From NCBI GenBank assembly GCA_025362395.1, contig JANYGK010000063.1:28955-92954 (forward strand): a stretch of DNA of 64,000 nt. The letters are read 5' to 3'. Every line of letters starts with the position of its first letter. The stretch's first letter is position 1. The notes under the pieces were generated by a model. The model was not told the origin of the DNA. It ran no database searches and saw nothing but the letters and a program-made list of their open reading frames with translations. This DNA is from Bacteroidota bacterium (lineage in GTDB: Bacteria; Bacteroidota; Bacteroidia; B-17B0; Aurantibacillaceae). Positions 35,320 to 45,090 of the stretch are shown in pieces. The translations under genes and the position numbers were made by a program.

Positions 35320-36150
35320 ATGAAAAAAATACTTGTCCCATACGATTTTACGGAAACATCGCAAAGTGCTTTAAATTATGGTATTGAAGTGGCTAAATAC
35401 TTGTCTGCCGATTTAGTATTATTACACATTAACCAGATCCCTGTAATGAGTTCAGAATTCGGACTGTCAGGTTATTCGATTACAGAAGCTTATAAAGACC
35501 ACGAAAAAGCCATTGGTCAAATAGCGGCTGATATTAAAAAACGGGAACCTCTTATTAAACAAATTGAATATCATTGTGAAATGGGAAACCCAACGGATGT
35601 AATCACTGAATTTTGCAACGTCCACCACATCAATCTTACTATTGGTGGCATTGACGGACATGGAAGTGTGTTTATGAAAAATATTATTGGAAGCACTTCC
35701 GTATCTGTTGCCAGGAACATAAGTAACCCCTTGATCATTGTTCCGCCAAACGCATCCTATAAAAAAATAAAAAACATTGCCTATGCCTGCGATTATAATA
35801 AGCATATCATAAACAGTACATCCTTGATTAAAGTAAAATATATAAGCACCTTATTTGACGCGACTTTGCACGTTCTTCATGTTATTCCCGAAAACCACGA
35901 ATTAAACAAAAAAGAATCACAAATTGATAATTATGTTGAGAACAGTTTAGAAAACGTTGCTCATAAAACCTATATGATAGCCGAAAACAATGCTGCTGAC
36001 GGATTATTAAATTTTATTAAGCATCATGAAATTGATATAATTATTGTAGAGCCAAAAAAACATTCTATCCTTCACAGTTTCTTCAGTTTCAGCACTACCA
36101 ATGCCATGGCATTTTACAGCCCTATACCTGTGATGACGATACAAGGGTGA
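35320..36150 (+). CDS. universal stress protein (tandem UspA domains)
   Basis: 276 aa, MKKILVPYDFTETS start, two Usp halves. Paralogue of 3733..4563. Confidence 0.85.
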   Translation: MKKILVPYDFTETSQSALNYGIEVAKYLSADLVLLHINQIPVMSSEFGLSGYSITEAYKDHEKAIGQIAADIKKREPLIKQIEYHCEMGNPTDVITEFCNVHHINLTIGGIDGHGSVFMKNIIGSTSVSVARNISNPLIIVPPNASYKKIKNIAYACDYNKHIINSTSLIKVKYISTLFDATLHVLHVIPENHELNKKESQIDNYVENSLENVAHKTYMIAENNAADGLLNFIKHHEIDIIIVEPKKHSILHSFFSFSTTNAMAFYSPIPVMTIQG

Positions 36151-36270
36151 GGTATAATGAAAAGTGGAAAATGTTAAGGGTAATTTATCCTTTTTGTCCT
36201 GCAAGCTTGCAGGATGTCCCTGCAAAAATTGTATCGAGGATCGTTAAATAATGGAAAGTGAAATTCTGTT
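36151..36270. repeat. convergent-gene spacer with a perfect 16 bp palindrome flanked by direct repeats
   Basis: CCTGCAAGCTTGCAGG at 36198..36213. Flanking direct repeats ATAATGAAAAGTGGAAAAT (36154..) and ATAATGGAAAGTGAAAT (36248..). Confidence 0.5.
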
Positions 36271-37072
36271 AAGCAATACTTCTTAAAAGCTCATTAAAAT
36301 AGGCGGCGCTTTTTAACAGCCTGCTGCCATACCAGCTGAATAGTTCTCCGTCTACTAACACTATTTTAGCATTAGGAAGCGCTGCCTGTAATTCGTCGGC
36401 ATGCTTTTGCTTAAAAGAAAAAGGTTCTGAGGATAAAAGAATAATTTCGGGAGCTAACTGTTTTATGTTTTCAAGTGTTAGTTCGGGGTAGCGTGAATCC
36501 TTTTTTTCAATTACATTTTCCCAACCTATTCTATGAATCATATCACCAATAAAGGTTGCTTTACCGGCTGCCATATAAGGTTTCCATATTAAATATAAAA
36601 CGCTTTTTTTGGATGTACTTAATGAATCAAATGAAATTTTTACAGAAGCTGAAATATCTTTTGCTTTACGGGCTGTATCGGTCAATTCTCCAATCGCATC
36701 AATTGTCTTCAGGGCATCCTCTAAATTATAAATATCGCTCATCCAAACCTTAAATTCTTTTTGCAAAGCTTCTATCTGTGTTCTGTCATTTTCCTCTTTA
36801 TTTCCTATAATAAGATCGGGCTTTAAAACACGGATCTTTTCAATACTCAACGTTTTAGTTCCCCCTACTCTTGTAACTGTTTCAAACATTATTTTTGGGT
36901 GAATACAAAACTTAGTAATCCCGACTATTTCATTTTTTAACCCAAGCTCCCACAACAATTCGCTTTGCGACGGAACAAGCGATATGATCCGCTTTGGATA
37001 AGCTTTAAATTCAATAGTATTTTTTAATGCGTCGGTAAAAAGCATGGCGCTAATTTGAGAATAATACCGCAT
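36269..37072 (-). CDS. BtuF/TroA-fold (helical-backbone metal/cobalamin receptor-like) binding protein, no obvious signal peptide
   Basis: KRIISLVPSQSELLWELGL...VGIT..C......V..VGG......EKI..LKPDLIIG pattern of class III periplasmic-binding proteins. Confidence 0.7.
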   Translation of the reverse strand: MRYYSQISAMLFTDALKNTIEFKAYPKRIISLVPSQSELLWELGLKNEIVGITKFCIHPKIMFETVTRVGGTKTLSIEKIRVLKPDLIIGNKEENDRTQIEALQKEFKVWMSDIYNLEDALKTIDAIGELTDTARKAKDISASVKISFDSLSTSKKSVLYLIWKPYMAAGKATFIGDMIHRIGWENVIEKKDSRYPELTLENIKQLAPEIILLSSEPFSFKQKHADELQAALPNAKIVLVDGELFSWYGSRLLKSAAYFNELLRSIA

Positions 37073-37085
37073 ATTTACTACCCGA

Positions 37086-37985
37086 ATGTCCCCTACTTTT
37101 AAAGCCCATATTTCTTTATTTGCAGCACAGGTAATTTACGCGTTAAATTATTCCATTGCCAAAGATCTGATGCCAAACCACATTAGTCCGTTTGGCTTAG
37201 TGATGATGCGTGTGGGAGGTGCTTTTATTTTATTCTGGCTCATCTCTTTTGCTCTTAAGCCTGAAAAAGTAGAAAAGAAAGACCTAAAAAAATTAATGCT
37301 CCTGGCACTGTTTGGTGTTTCTGTAAATCAAATCTTTTTTTTATGGGGTCTGAGTTTATCTACACCCATAAACTCCGCTATTATTATGGTAAGCAATCCC
37401 ATTGCAGTTATGCTCTTTACCGGTTTTATATTAAAAGAAAACATAACTTCCATAAAACTTACAGGACTCGGCTTTGGAATATGCGGCGCACTAACCTTAT
37501 TATTATTTAAAGCTAACGGAAATTTTTACATAGGTAGTGAAACTATTACAGGAGACATTATGACCTTGGTAAACTCCTTATCCTGGGCGGCGTTTGTGGT
37601 AATGGCAAAGCCCTTTATGCAAAAATACCAAACAGTAACTGTTATGAAATGGGTGTTTTTATTTGGGTTTATATATGTGTTTCCTATTGGTTTCCCTGAC
37701 CTTTTTAAAGTGGATTGGATACATTTACAGTCACAAACAATTTTTGCAATGGCCTTTGTGGTAATAGCTACCACCTTCTTGGCTTATTTACTGAATATGT
37801 TCGCCTTAAAATCATTAAGCTCATCTGTAGTAAGTATGTATATATACTTACAACCCTTCCTAGCTACTCTTATTGCTGTTGCTTGGGGAAAAGACACTCT
37901 GAGTCCGATCAAATTAGTATCTGCAGGCTTTATTATTACAGGGGTTTACCTCGCCGGCAAAAAAGAAAAAATTAAAAGTATTTAA
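37086..37985 (+). CDS. DMT superfamily (EamA-like) transporter
   Basis: 299 aa, ten TM segments arranged as two EamA repeats. Confidence 0.85.
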   Translation: MSPTFKAHISLFAAQVIYALNYSIAKDLMPNHISPFGLVMMRVGGAFILFWLISFALKPEKVEKKDLKKLMLLALFGVSVNQIFFLWGLSLSTPINSAIIMVSNPIAVMLFTGFILKENITSIKLTGLGFGICGALTLLLFKANGNFYIGSETITGDIMTLVNSLSWAAFVVMAKPFMQKYQTVTVMKWVFLFGFIYVFPIGFPDLFKVDWIHLQSQTIFAMAFVVIATTFLAYLLNMFALKSLSSSVVSMYIYLQPFLATLIAVAWGKDTLSPIKLVSAGFIITGVYLAGKKEKIKSI

Positions 37986-38081
37986 ATGACTAAATTTTCA
38001 CAAAGTCCATAAATACAAAATAAATTTATACTATATTTAAATCATTAAAAACGCCTTATTTATTTACTAATTTCAACGCAC

Positions 38082-38732
38082 ATGGTCCATATCCTTTCCC
38101 AACAAAACTCTATTTTTAATCAGTTTATTGCTGAGCTTCGCGATACAACTATTCAAACAGACAGTATGCGGTTCAGAAAAAATTTAGAGCGCATCGGGGA
38201 AATTATAGGGTATGAAATTTCTAAAACAATGGATTATGAAACGCGTGATACCATCACACCTTTAGGCATTTCGCAAACAAGCCACTTAAAAGCGCAACCT
38301 GTTATAGCTACTATTTTGCGCGCAGGCTTACCCATACACATGGGGGTTTTAAATTATTTTGACCGTGCGGACAATGCCTTCATTTCTGCTTACAGAAGGC
38401 ACCATAAAGATAATACCTTTGATATTCACGTGGAATATGTATCAAGCCCCGGCATTGAAGATAAAACATTAATTATGTGTGATCCGATGATAGCCACAGG
38501 TGCCTCTATTGTATTAGCTTATAAAGCTATTTTGGCAAAAGGAACTCCAAGGCATGTGCACATTGTTTCCGCTATCAGCAGCAAGCAGGGCGTTGATTTT
38601 GTTAAGGCCAATATGCCCACACAAAACTTTACCATTTGGTGTGGTGCGGTAGATGAAGAGCTTACCGCTCATTCTTACATTGTGCCGGGCTTAGGCGATG
38701 CCGGAGATCTTGCCTTTGGCGAAAAAATATAA
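38082..38732 (+). CDS. upp: uracil phosphoribosyltransferase
   Basis: PRPP loop IMCDPMIATGAS and C-terminal YIVPGLGDAGDLAFG. Confidence 0.92.
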   Translation: MVHILSQQNSIFNQFIAELRDTTIQTDSMRFRKNLERIGEIIGYEISKTMDYETRDTITPLGISQTSHLKAQPVIATILRAGLPIHMGVLNYFDRADNAFISAYRRHHKDNTFDIHVEYVSSPGIEDKTLIMCDPMIATGASIVLAYKAILAKGTPRHVHIVSAISSKQGVDFVKANMPTQNFTIWCGAVDEELTAHSYIVPGLGDAGDLAFGEKI

Positions 38733-38761
38733 TTTCACAGTTTTTAATTTAAAACCGAACC

Positions 38762-39241
38762 ATGGATAGTACTGAAATATGGAAATTTATTTCCGCGGCA
38801 CTGGCCTGTACAATTTCATTATCCAAAATAGGAATCCCCGCTGTAATAGCTATTTATAAATATAATTATTTTATGGCGCTTTTGAGCAGCTGTACCGGAG
38901 CCGTAGTTGGCACAATTGTATTTACCTATTTAAGCGCCGGGATCTTAAAATGGTGGAATACATTAAAAGATAAATGGTTTTCCTCCAAACATCCGAAAAA
39001 AATATTCACCAAATCGAACCGACGTGTTATAAGGATTAAGCATCGTTTCGGGTTAGTAGGTATAGCAGCTCTAACACCTATTTTATTATCTATACCGATA
39101 GGCGCATTTTTAGCAGAGCGTTTTTATAAAGATAAGAAAAAAGTGATCCTTTATTTAAGTGTATCAGGTGTTTTTTGGTGTTTTACCTTTTATTTTATTT
39201 TCCTGTTTTTTTATGGCACGTTCAAGTCGTGGTTCTCGTGA
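38762..39241 (+). CDS. hypothetical small membrane protein
   Basis: 159 aa, four hydrophobic segments with a basic central loop. Confidence 0.6.
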   Translation: MDSTEIWKFISAALACTISLSKIGIPAVIAIYKYNYFMALLSSCTGAVVGTIVFTYLSAGILKWWNTLKDKWFSSKHPKKIFTKSNRRVIRIKHRFGLVGIAALTPILLSIPIGAFLAERFYKDKKKVILYLSVSGVFWCFTFYFIFLFFYGTFKSWFS

Positions 39242-39432
39242 ATGTTAACCACATAGGCACATAGATGATGACAGAAAAGAGGAATTATAACACACCTTAT
39301 TGAGAGCACGAACAATTTCCCTGTGTTCATTAACATCTAGAAAGTAAAACATCCTCTACTGCTCAAGAAACTATTTACATTGATTAATAGTGCTTAACTA
39401 CCTTTACACATGGCAAGGATGGGATCAAAGAG

Positions 39433-40419
39433 TTATGACTTTATAAACTTTAATTGTTTTTGGTTACTGCCAACTGTGATATTAAGTATATAAATCCCCT
39501 GCTGCAATTCAGCGACAGATAAATAAGAATTACTTAGTTTAGTTTCGGGTTGCAAAACAATTTCTCCCAATAAGTTTAAAACAGAAACTGTATAGCTTTT
39601 AGATATATCTACTGAAATGTACAATACATCTGTTGAAGGGTTTGGATATACAGTAATAGAAGTTAAATAAGAATTTTTTATGGAAGTTGGGATTTGATGG
39701 TTTAATACACCAACAGCATCAAGGTCAAAACCCCCACTGCCAAAGGCTGTAGGCCACGGGTCATTTACTTTTTGTTGATTGGCATCGCGAGTGCAATATT
39801 GATTTTGCAGGCAGCCTACCACATCTATTACTTTTACGTGAGTAATTGCCTGTTTATTTAACAAAGGCGTATCTGGTATATCAGCCAGGTCAAAGGGTGT
39901 ACCGTACTGTGCCCTGTATTTTCCGGCAAGGTTATTAATTTTAGTGGGGTCGGTAGTACCAAAACCACCGGTTTGAGTGGTTGTATCTGTATTACTTACA
40001 GCGGGGAACCTAAAAAAATGAATGCCGTCACTGCTTACTTCCACAAAAGCCAACTCTAAAAATGTATCGTTAAAGCTATTTTCAAATACAGCTAAATCAG
40101 GCCCCGGGCCATCTATGATCACATTTGTAAATTGCAACGTTGCAGCACCTCCGTCCCCAAGGCTCACTACACCTGTAGTTCCTGCTTTTCCTAAAGCGGA
40201 AGTGCTGTCGCCCACGTTGGCGTATGCCCCGGAAGAAACAGAAATGTCTTGGAGGCCTCTCACTATGTGGCATTTGGTTGCCCAACCAATACATAATGAA
40301 CTGTCTTTGTAAACAGCTGTAGTGCCGGGCTGCCCGGCGGCAGGCGCAAATTGAGCAACTGAATTATAATGACAGGCTAAAGCGCTGATCAGTAAACTGA
40401 AAGAAATAATAGGTTTCAT
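39433..40419 (-). CDS. T9SS type A sorting-domain protein of unknown function, under cobalamin-riboswitch control
   Basis: Start moved to the ATG at 40419 (MKPIISFSLLISALA...), which gives a signal peptide. C-terminal VYPNPSTDVLYISV...GIYILNITV is a T9SS CTD. The ORF-track extension 40420..40542 lies inside the riboswitch. Confidence 0.8.
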   Translation of the reverse strand: MKPIISFSLLISALACHYNSVAQFAPAAGQPGTTAVYKDSSLCIGWATKCHIVRGLQDISVSSGAYANVGDSTSALGKAGTTGVVSLGDGGAATLQFTNVIIDGPGPDLAVFENSFNDTFLELAFVEVSSDGIHFFRFPAVSNTDTTTQTGGFGTTDPTKINNLAGKYRAQYGTPFDLADIPDTPLLNKQAITHVKVIDVVGCLQNQYCTRDANQQKVNDPWPTAFGSGGFDLDAVGVLNHQIPTSIKNSYLTSITVYPNPSTDVLYISVDISKSYTVSVLNLLGEIVLQPETKLSNSYLSVAELQQGIYILNITVGSNQKQLKFIKS

Positions 40420-40437
40420 TAAAATAGGTACAATGCC

Positions 40438-40620
40438 TTTACAAGTCTTAATTCCCGAGACCCTCGACATTGATTTTATTGACAGGTTTTCTGACTTGTT
40501 CTTATTTATGCGCCTTCCCGACCTTTTAATTTCAGTGGCCAATGCATAACCTATTTAATAGAACTTACAGCTGCGGGTACAGTTTTGGATTTAAACCAAA
40601 TTCCCTATTCAACGCCGCAA
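40438..40620 (-). promoter_or_regulatory. cobalamin (B12) riboswitch
   Basis: Minus-strand RNA: GGCGUUGAAUAGGGAAUUUGGUUUAAAUCCAAAACUGUACCCGCAGCUGUAAG ... GGCCACUG ... GGGAAGGCG ... AAGUCAGAAAACCUGUCAAU. All conserved core blocks and the B12 box are present in the right order and spacing. Confidence 0.85.
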
Positions 40621-40780
40621 AAATAGTACTTTTTAATTAATTTTTCACATCTATTAATTGAGCTAAATTTTTTAAGATCCTATTTTGCAACCTTAAAGAA
40701 TTTTTAGCGTCTGACACAAAGTCGTAAAACACCAATGGCACAATAATCGTATATTGTAAGGTAATTATAGAGCTAAATCC

Positions 40781-43198
40781 ATGACTTTTTTTAGAAATAA
40801 CGATAAACTGCCCTTTGAGCCATTAATGGACGAGGATACCGATTTTATTCCCCTGCTTTCCAGCGAAGATGAAGACAGTATGCATGCCGAAAAAGTACCG
40901 GATGTACTGTCAATATTGCCGCTCAGAAATACTGTTTTATTCCCCGGCGTAGTGATTCCCATTACGGTTGGCCGTGATAAATCCATTAATTTAATTAAAG
41001 AGGCCTACAAGGGTGACAAAACAATTGGCGTAGTTACTCAAAGAAATGATACGGTTGAAGATCCTGAACCGGATGATCTGTACACAATAGGTACAGTTGC
41101 AAAAATTATTAAAATGCTTCGCATGCCCGATGGTAATACAACTGTTATTATACAAGGTAAAAAGCGTTTTAAAATAAAAGAGTTTACTCAAACCGATCCT
41201 TATTATAAAGCAAAAACACAGTCGTTTGAAGAGACACGGCCCGAACAGGATGATGAAGAATTTCAAGCAATTGTATCGGGCTTAAAAGATACAGCCTTAC
41301 AAATTATTCAAAAATCATCACACATACCAACAGAGGCAGGCTTCGCATTAAATAATATTGAGAGCCAAAACTTTATGGTAAACTTTATTTCCTCTAATAT
41401 GAATGCTTCTTCAGCCGAAAAACAAAGCATGCTGGAAGTGCCAAATTTAAAGGAAAGAGCAACAATGGTGTTAACCCATTTAAGTAAGGATCTGCAAATG
41501 TTGGAATTAAAAAACCAGATCCAGAATAAAGTAAAGGTTGACATTGATAAACAACAACGCGATTATTTTTTACATCAGCAAATAAAAACCATTCAGGAAG
41601 AGCTTGGCGAAAAAAGTCATGAGCAGGACATTGAAGAGTTAAGAGAACGGGCTTTAACTAAAAAGTGGAATACGGAAATAGCAGAGGTATTTGAAAAACA
41701 GATCAGCAAGCTTGAACGGATGAACCCTAATTCAGCCGAGTTTGGTGTACAAACCAATTATGTGGAACTATTGCTGGACCTGCCATGGGGAGAATACACA
41801 AAAGATAATTTCGATTTAAAACACGCGGAGAAAATATTAGATGAAGACCATTTTGGATTGGAGAAAGTGAAAGAACGAATTTTAGAACACCTCGCAGTCC
41901 TAAAATTAAAAGGCGATCTTAAAGCCCCTATCCTTTGTTTATACGGCCCTCCGGGAGTTGGTAAAACATCATTGGGAAAAAGTATTGCAAAAGCCATAGG
42001 CCGAAAATATGTGCGTATGAGCCTTGGCGGGTTAAAAGATGAAAGTGAAATTCGCGGGCATCGTAAAACATACATAGGCGCTATGCCCGGAAGGATCTTA
42101 CAAAATCTTAAAAAAGTACAGTCATCAAACCCTGTATTTATTTTAGATGAAATTGATAAAGTAGGAAGCGATTACCATGGTGATCCTTCTTCCGCTTTAT
42201 TGGAAGTATTAGACCCTGAACAAAATTCTACGTTTTATGATAATTTTTTAGAGAATGATTATGATCTCAGCAAAGTCATGTTCATAGCCACCTGCAATAA
42301 TTTATCTACCATACAACCTGCCCTGCGCGACCGTATGGAAATTATTGATGTGAGCGGTTATACTGTGGAAGAAAAAATTGAAATTGCCAAACAACATTTA
42401 TTACCGAAACAAATTGAAGAGAACGGATTAAAAAAAGCGCAGTTAAAATTAAGCGATAAACAGCTTGAATTTATTATTGAAAATTATACCGCTGAAAGCG
42501 GTGTACGCGCTTTAGAAAAACGCTTGTCGAAAATTGCCCGGAATGTAGCCGTTCACGTTGTAAAAGAAAATGAACTTCCTAAAATAACGGAAGAAGTTAT
42601 TTCTAAAATACTGGGGCCGTCACACGAAAAAGCTAAATACCAAGGCAATGACGTGCCCGGTGTGGTTACAGGCCTTGCATGGACACAGGTTGGCGGTGAT
42701 ATTCTATTTATTGAAACAAGCTTATCAAAGGGCAAAGGCTCGAAGTTAACGCTAACCGGTAATTTAGGTGATGTGATGAAGGAAAGCGCAACACTTGCCT
42801 TGGAATATATTAAAGCACATAATGAAGCGTTGAATATTGATGCCGATGTGTTTGAAAATTACAATATCCACATACATGTTCCTGAAGGGGCTACGCCAAA
42901 AGACGGGCCGAGCGCGGGCGTGAGCATGTTAACCTCTATTACATCAGCATTAACAAAACGCAAGGTTAAAAAGAATTTAGCTATGACAGGTGAAATTACA
43001 TTACGTGGAAAAGTACTACCTGTTGGCGGAATAAAAGAAAAAATACTGGCAGCAAAACGTGCCGGCATTAAAGAAATTATTTTATGCGCCGATAATAAAA
43101 AAGATATTGATGATATTAATGCTTCTTATTTAAAAGGCCTTAAGTTTCATTATGTGAGCCAAATGAATGAAGTGTTGGAGCTCGCTTTACTAAAATAA
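40781..43198 (+). CDS. lon: ATP-dependent Lon protease (endopeptidase La)
   Basis: LON N-domain (LPLRNTVLFPGVVIPI), Walker A GPPGVGKTS, proteolytic site PKDGPSAGV, KEKILAAKRAG. Confidence 0.95.
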   Translation: MTFFRNNDKLPFEPLMDEDTDFIPLLSSEDEDSMHAEKVPDVLSILPLRNTVLFPGVVIPITVGRDKSINLIKEAYKGDKTIGVVTQRNDTVEDPEPDDLYTIGTVAKIIKMLRMPDGNTTVIIQGKKRFKIKEFTQTDPYYKAKTQSFEETRPEQDDEEFQAIVSGLKDTALQIIQKSSHIPTEAGFALNNIESQNFMVNFISSNMNASSAEKQSMLEVPNLKERATMVLTHLSKDLQMLELKNQIQNKVKVDIDKQQRDYFLHQQIKTIQEELGEKSHEQDIEELRERALTKKWNTEIAEVFEKQISKLERMNPNSAEFGVQTNYVELLLDLPWGEYTKDNFDLKHAEKILDEDHFGLEKVKERILEHLAVLKLKGDLKAPILCLYGPPGVGKTSLGKSIAKAIGRKYVRMSLGGLKDESEIRGHRKTYIGAMPGRILQNLKKVQSSNPVFILDEIDKVGSDYHGDPSSALLEVLDPEQNSTFYDNFLENDYDLSKVMFIATCNNLSTIQPALRDRMEIIDVSGYTVEEKIEIAKQHLLPKQIEENGLKKAQLKLSDKQLEFIIENYTAESGVRALEKRLSKIARNVAVHVVKENELPKITEEVISKILGPSHEKAKYQGNDVPGVVTGLAWTQVGGDILFIETSLSKGKGSKLTLTGNLGDVMKESATLALEYIKAHNEALNIDADVFENYNIHIHVPEGATPKDGPSAGVSMLTSITSALTKRKVKKNLAMTGEITLRGKVLPVGGIKEKILAAKRAGIKEIILCADNKKDIDDINASYLKGLKFHYVSQMNEVLELALLK

Positions 43199-43221
43199 AC
43201 TTTAGTTATATTGTATAAAAG

Positions 43222-43256
43222 AGCCTTAACAGTTAACTGTGTTGAGGCTTTTTTAT
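43222..43256. terminator. hairpin terminator between convergent lon and histidine-kinase genes
   Basis: Stem AGCCTTAACA / TGTTGAGGCT followed by TTTTTT on the plus strand, and by a T-rich tract on the reverse complement. Confidence 0.65.
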
Positions 43257-43329
43257 GGAGACTTCCAAAAAATGATCCGGAATATTTACTTAAAAATCGG
43301 TTAGCCCAATAAAAAATTTATTGAAAACA

Positions 43330-45090
43330 TTATAATTTTACTTCCGGTTTCTCACCGGTAATAGGCCATTTATTTTCGTAGCCATCCGTAAACGTAACAA
43401 CAGGAATTTGAAAGTAAAACGTAGTCCCTTTTCCTAATTCACTTTTTAAGCCTATGTGTCCATTTTGAGCAATGATAAATTCTTTAGCAATAGCCAATCC
43501 TAAACCGGTTCCGTTTTTATTGCTTCCCGGTATTTGAAAAAACCTGTCAAAGACCTTATCACTATATTTAGGATCAATGCCTTTACCAAAGTCCTGAATA
43601 GAAAACTTAATTAAATCGTTTGTTTGGCTAACATTTATTTTAATGATTTCTTTTTCAGGCGAATAGCGAATGGCGTTGCTCAACAGATTAACCATGACCC
43701 AAGCGGTTTTTTCCAAATCGGCATTTACTCTCGGTAAATTATTTTCTATTTCTAACTCAAGTTTTATATGTTTTTGTTCTGCCTGAAATTTTAAGGACTC
43801 AACGGCATATTTAACAATGTCTTTTGAATCTACCTTTTGAAAATTCAATTGAATCTTTCCTGTTTCAACCTGTGCCATATTCAATACTTCACCGGTAATT
43901 TTTAAAAGTCTTTCAGAATCACCTTTTATATTATTTACCAGTTGTTTTTGCTCTTCATTTAACTCCCCTACTCTAGTGTCTTCCAATAATTTTGAGCTTA
44001 GTTTAATAGATGCAATAGGTGTTTTAAGTTCGTGTGAGATAGTAGCGATAAAATTAGTTTTTGCCAGATCTAATTCCTGAAATTGTGTTATGTTTTTCAG
44101 CAATATTACTTCGCCGATTGGTTTTTCTTCTGAAACAATTGATACATTTTCTTTTGTAAAGTAACTTTCTTTACCGTCTGCAAAAATTTTTATGGGTTTA
44201 ATGGTTAGTTCTTTACTAAGAAGCAGCCTCATTAAATCATTATTTAGCGCTACGTCGGGGGCATATTTACCAACCATATCTTTTTCGTGCATTCCCAATA
44301 ATTGTGCGGCTTTAATGTTAGCAAACAAAACCATCCGTTTTTCATTTAACCCTACAATAGCATCCTTCATATTATTAATGATAGCTTCAATACGTGTTTT
44401 TTCGAAAAGTATTTTCGCAAGATTACTGTTTTCATAGTGTTCGAGTTCTGCCGCCATAGCATTAAAAGCTTCCGCTAATTCTCCAAATTCATCATTAGAC
44501 TTAAAATGCAGGCGTTGATGATAATTTTTATTTGAGATCTGTTTAATACTTACAGTTAATTCCCTGATTGGATCAGCAATATAGCCCGGGAAATTTATAA
44601 TAAATGTAAACACAATAAGAAAGCATAACCCGCCAATGACCCCAATATATGCTAATACCCGCTCAGCTGTTGCCTGCGCCTGGTTATTCTTTCTTAAAAT
44701 GGCCTGCATATTTAAATCTGTTATGTTATAGAGGTCTTTTTTTAACTTTAAAAGGCTTGCGGTTGAAATTGCTTTATTCCTCATGTGGTTAAATTCCAAT
44801 CGTACTTCTGCAGTATAGTCTTTTTCCCCGATCTCAGTTACATTGCTTTCTTGTAATTTCAGAGTTGTATCAAATCTTTTAAAAAACACTGCGCTGTCCG
44901 TATCCGCGGCATCTATATTCTGCATCATTAACTCAGCATATTGTATAGATTCATAGTTATCTTTTAATATTTCTTTCGACTGGTTTGCGATGGTATTTAT
45001 ATAATTGACACCGACACCGCCAATTAATATAATTACGGCAAAGAGAAAACCAAGTCCTAAGCTTAATTTTGTTTTTATTTTTAATTTCAT
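43330..45090 (-). CDS. sensor histidine kinase (C-terminal half of a split KdpD-type sensor)
   Basis: Two TM segments, HAMP, PAS-like segment, H-box FIATISHELKTPI, N-box LLSNAIRYS, G-boxes DFGKGI and GTGLGLAI. Start overlaps the upstream stop in TAATG. Confidence 0.85.
   Translation of the reverse strand: MKLKIKTKLSLGLGFLFAVIILIGGVGVNYINTIANQSKEILKDNYESIQYAELMMQNIDAADTDSAVFFKRFDTTLKLQESNVTEIGEKDYTAEVRLEFNHMRNKAISTASLLKLKKDLYNITDLNMQAILRKNNQAQATAERVLAYIGVIGGLCFLIVFTFIINFPGYIADPIRELTVSIKQISNKNYHQRLHFKSNDEFGELAEAFNAMAAELEHYENSNLAKILFEKTRIEAIINNMKDAIVGLNEKRMVLFANIKAAQLLGMHEKDMVGKYAPDVALNNDLMRLLLSKELTIKPIKIFADGKESYFTKENVSIVSEEKPIGEVILLKNITQFQELDLAKTNFIATISHELKTPIASIKLSSKLLEDTRVGELNEEQKQLVNNIKGDSERLLKITGEVLNMAQVETGKIQLNFQKVDSKDIVKYAVESLKFQAEQKHIKLELEIENNLPRVNADLEKTAWVMVNLLSNAIRYSPEKEIIKINVSQTNDLIKFSIQDFGKGIDPKYSDKVFDRFFQIPGSNKNGTGLGLAIAKEFIIAQNGHIGLKSELGKGTTFYFQIPVVTFTDGYENKWPITGEKPEVKL

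Noticed and set aside
37073-37085. Only 13 bp between the divergent BtuF-fold and EamA genes, suggesting overlapping promoters or a mis-set start
   Set aside because: It is probably explained by a later true start of the BtuF-fold gene (internal ATG at about 37045). No independent evidence of anything unusual.
40420-40542. N-terminal 41-codon extension of the T9SS ORF (MATEIKRSGRR...)
   Set aside because: This stretch is the aptamer and expression platform of the cobalamin riboswitch. The downstream ATG at 40419 gives a normal signal peptide.
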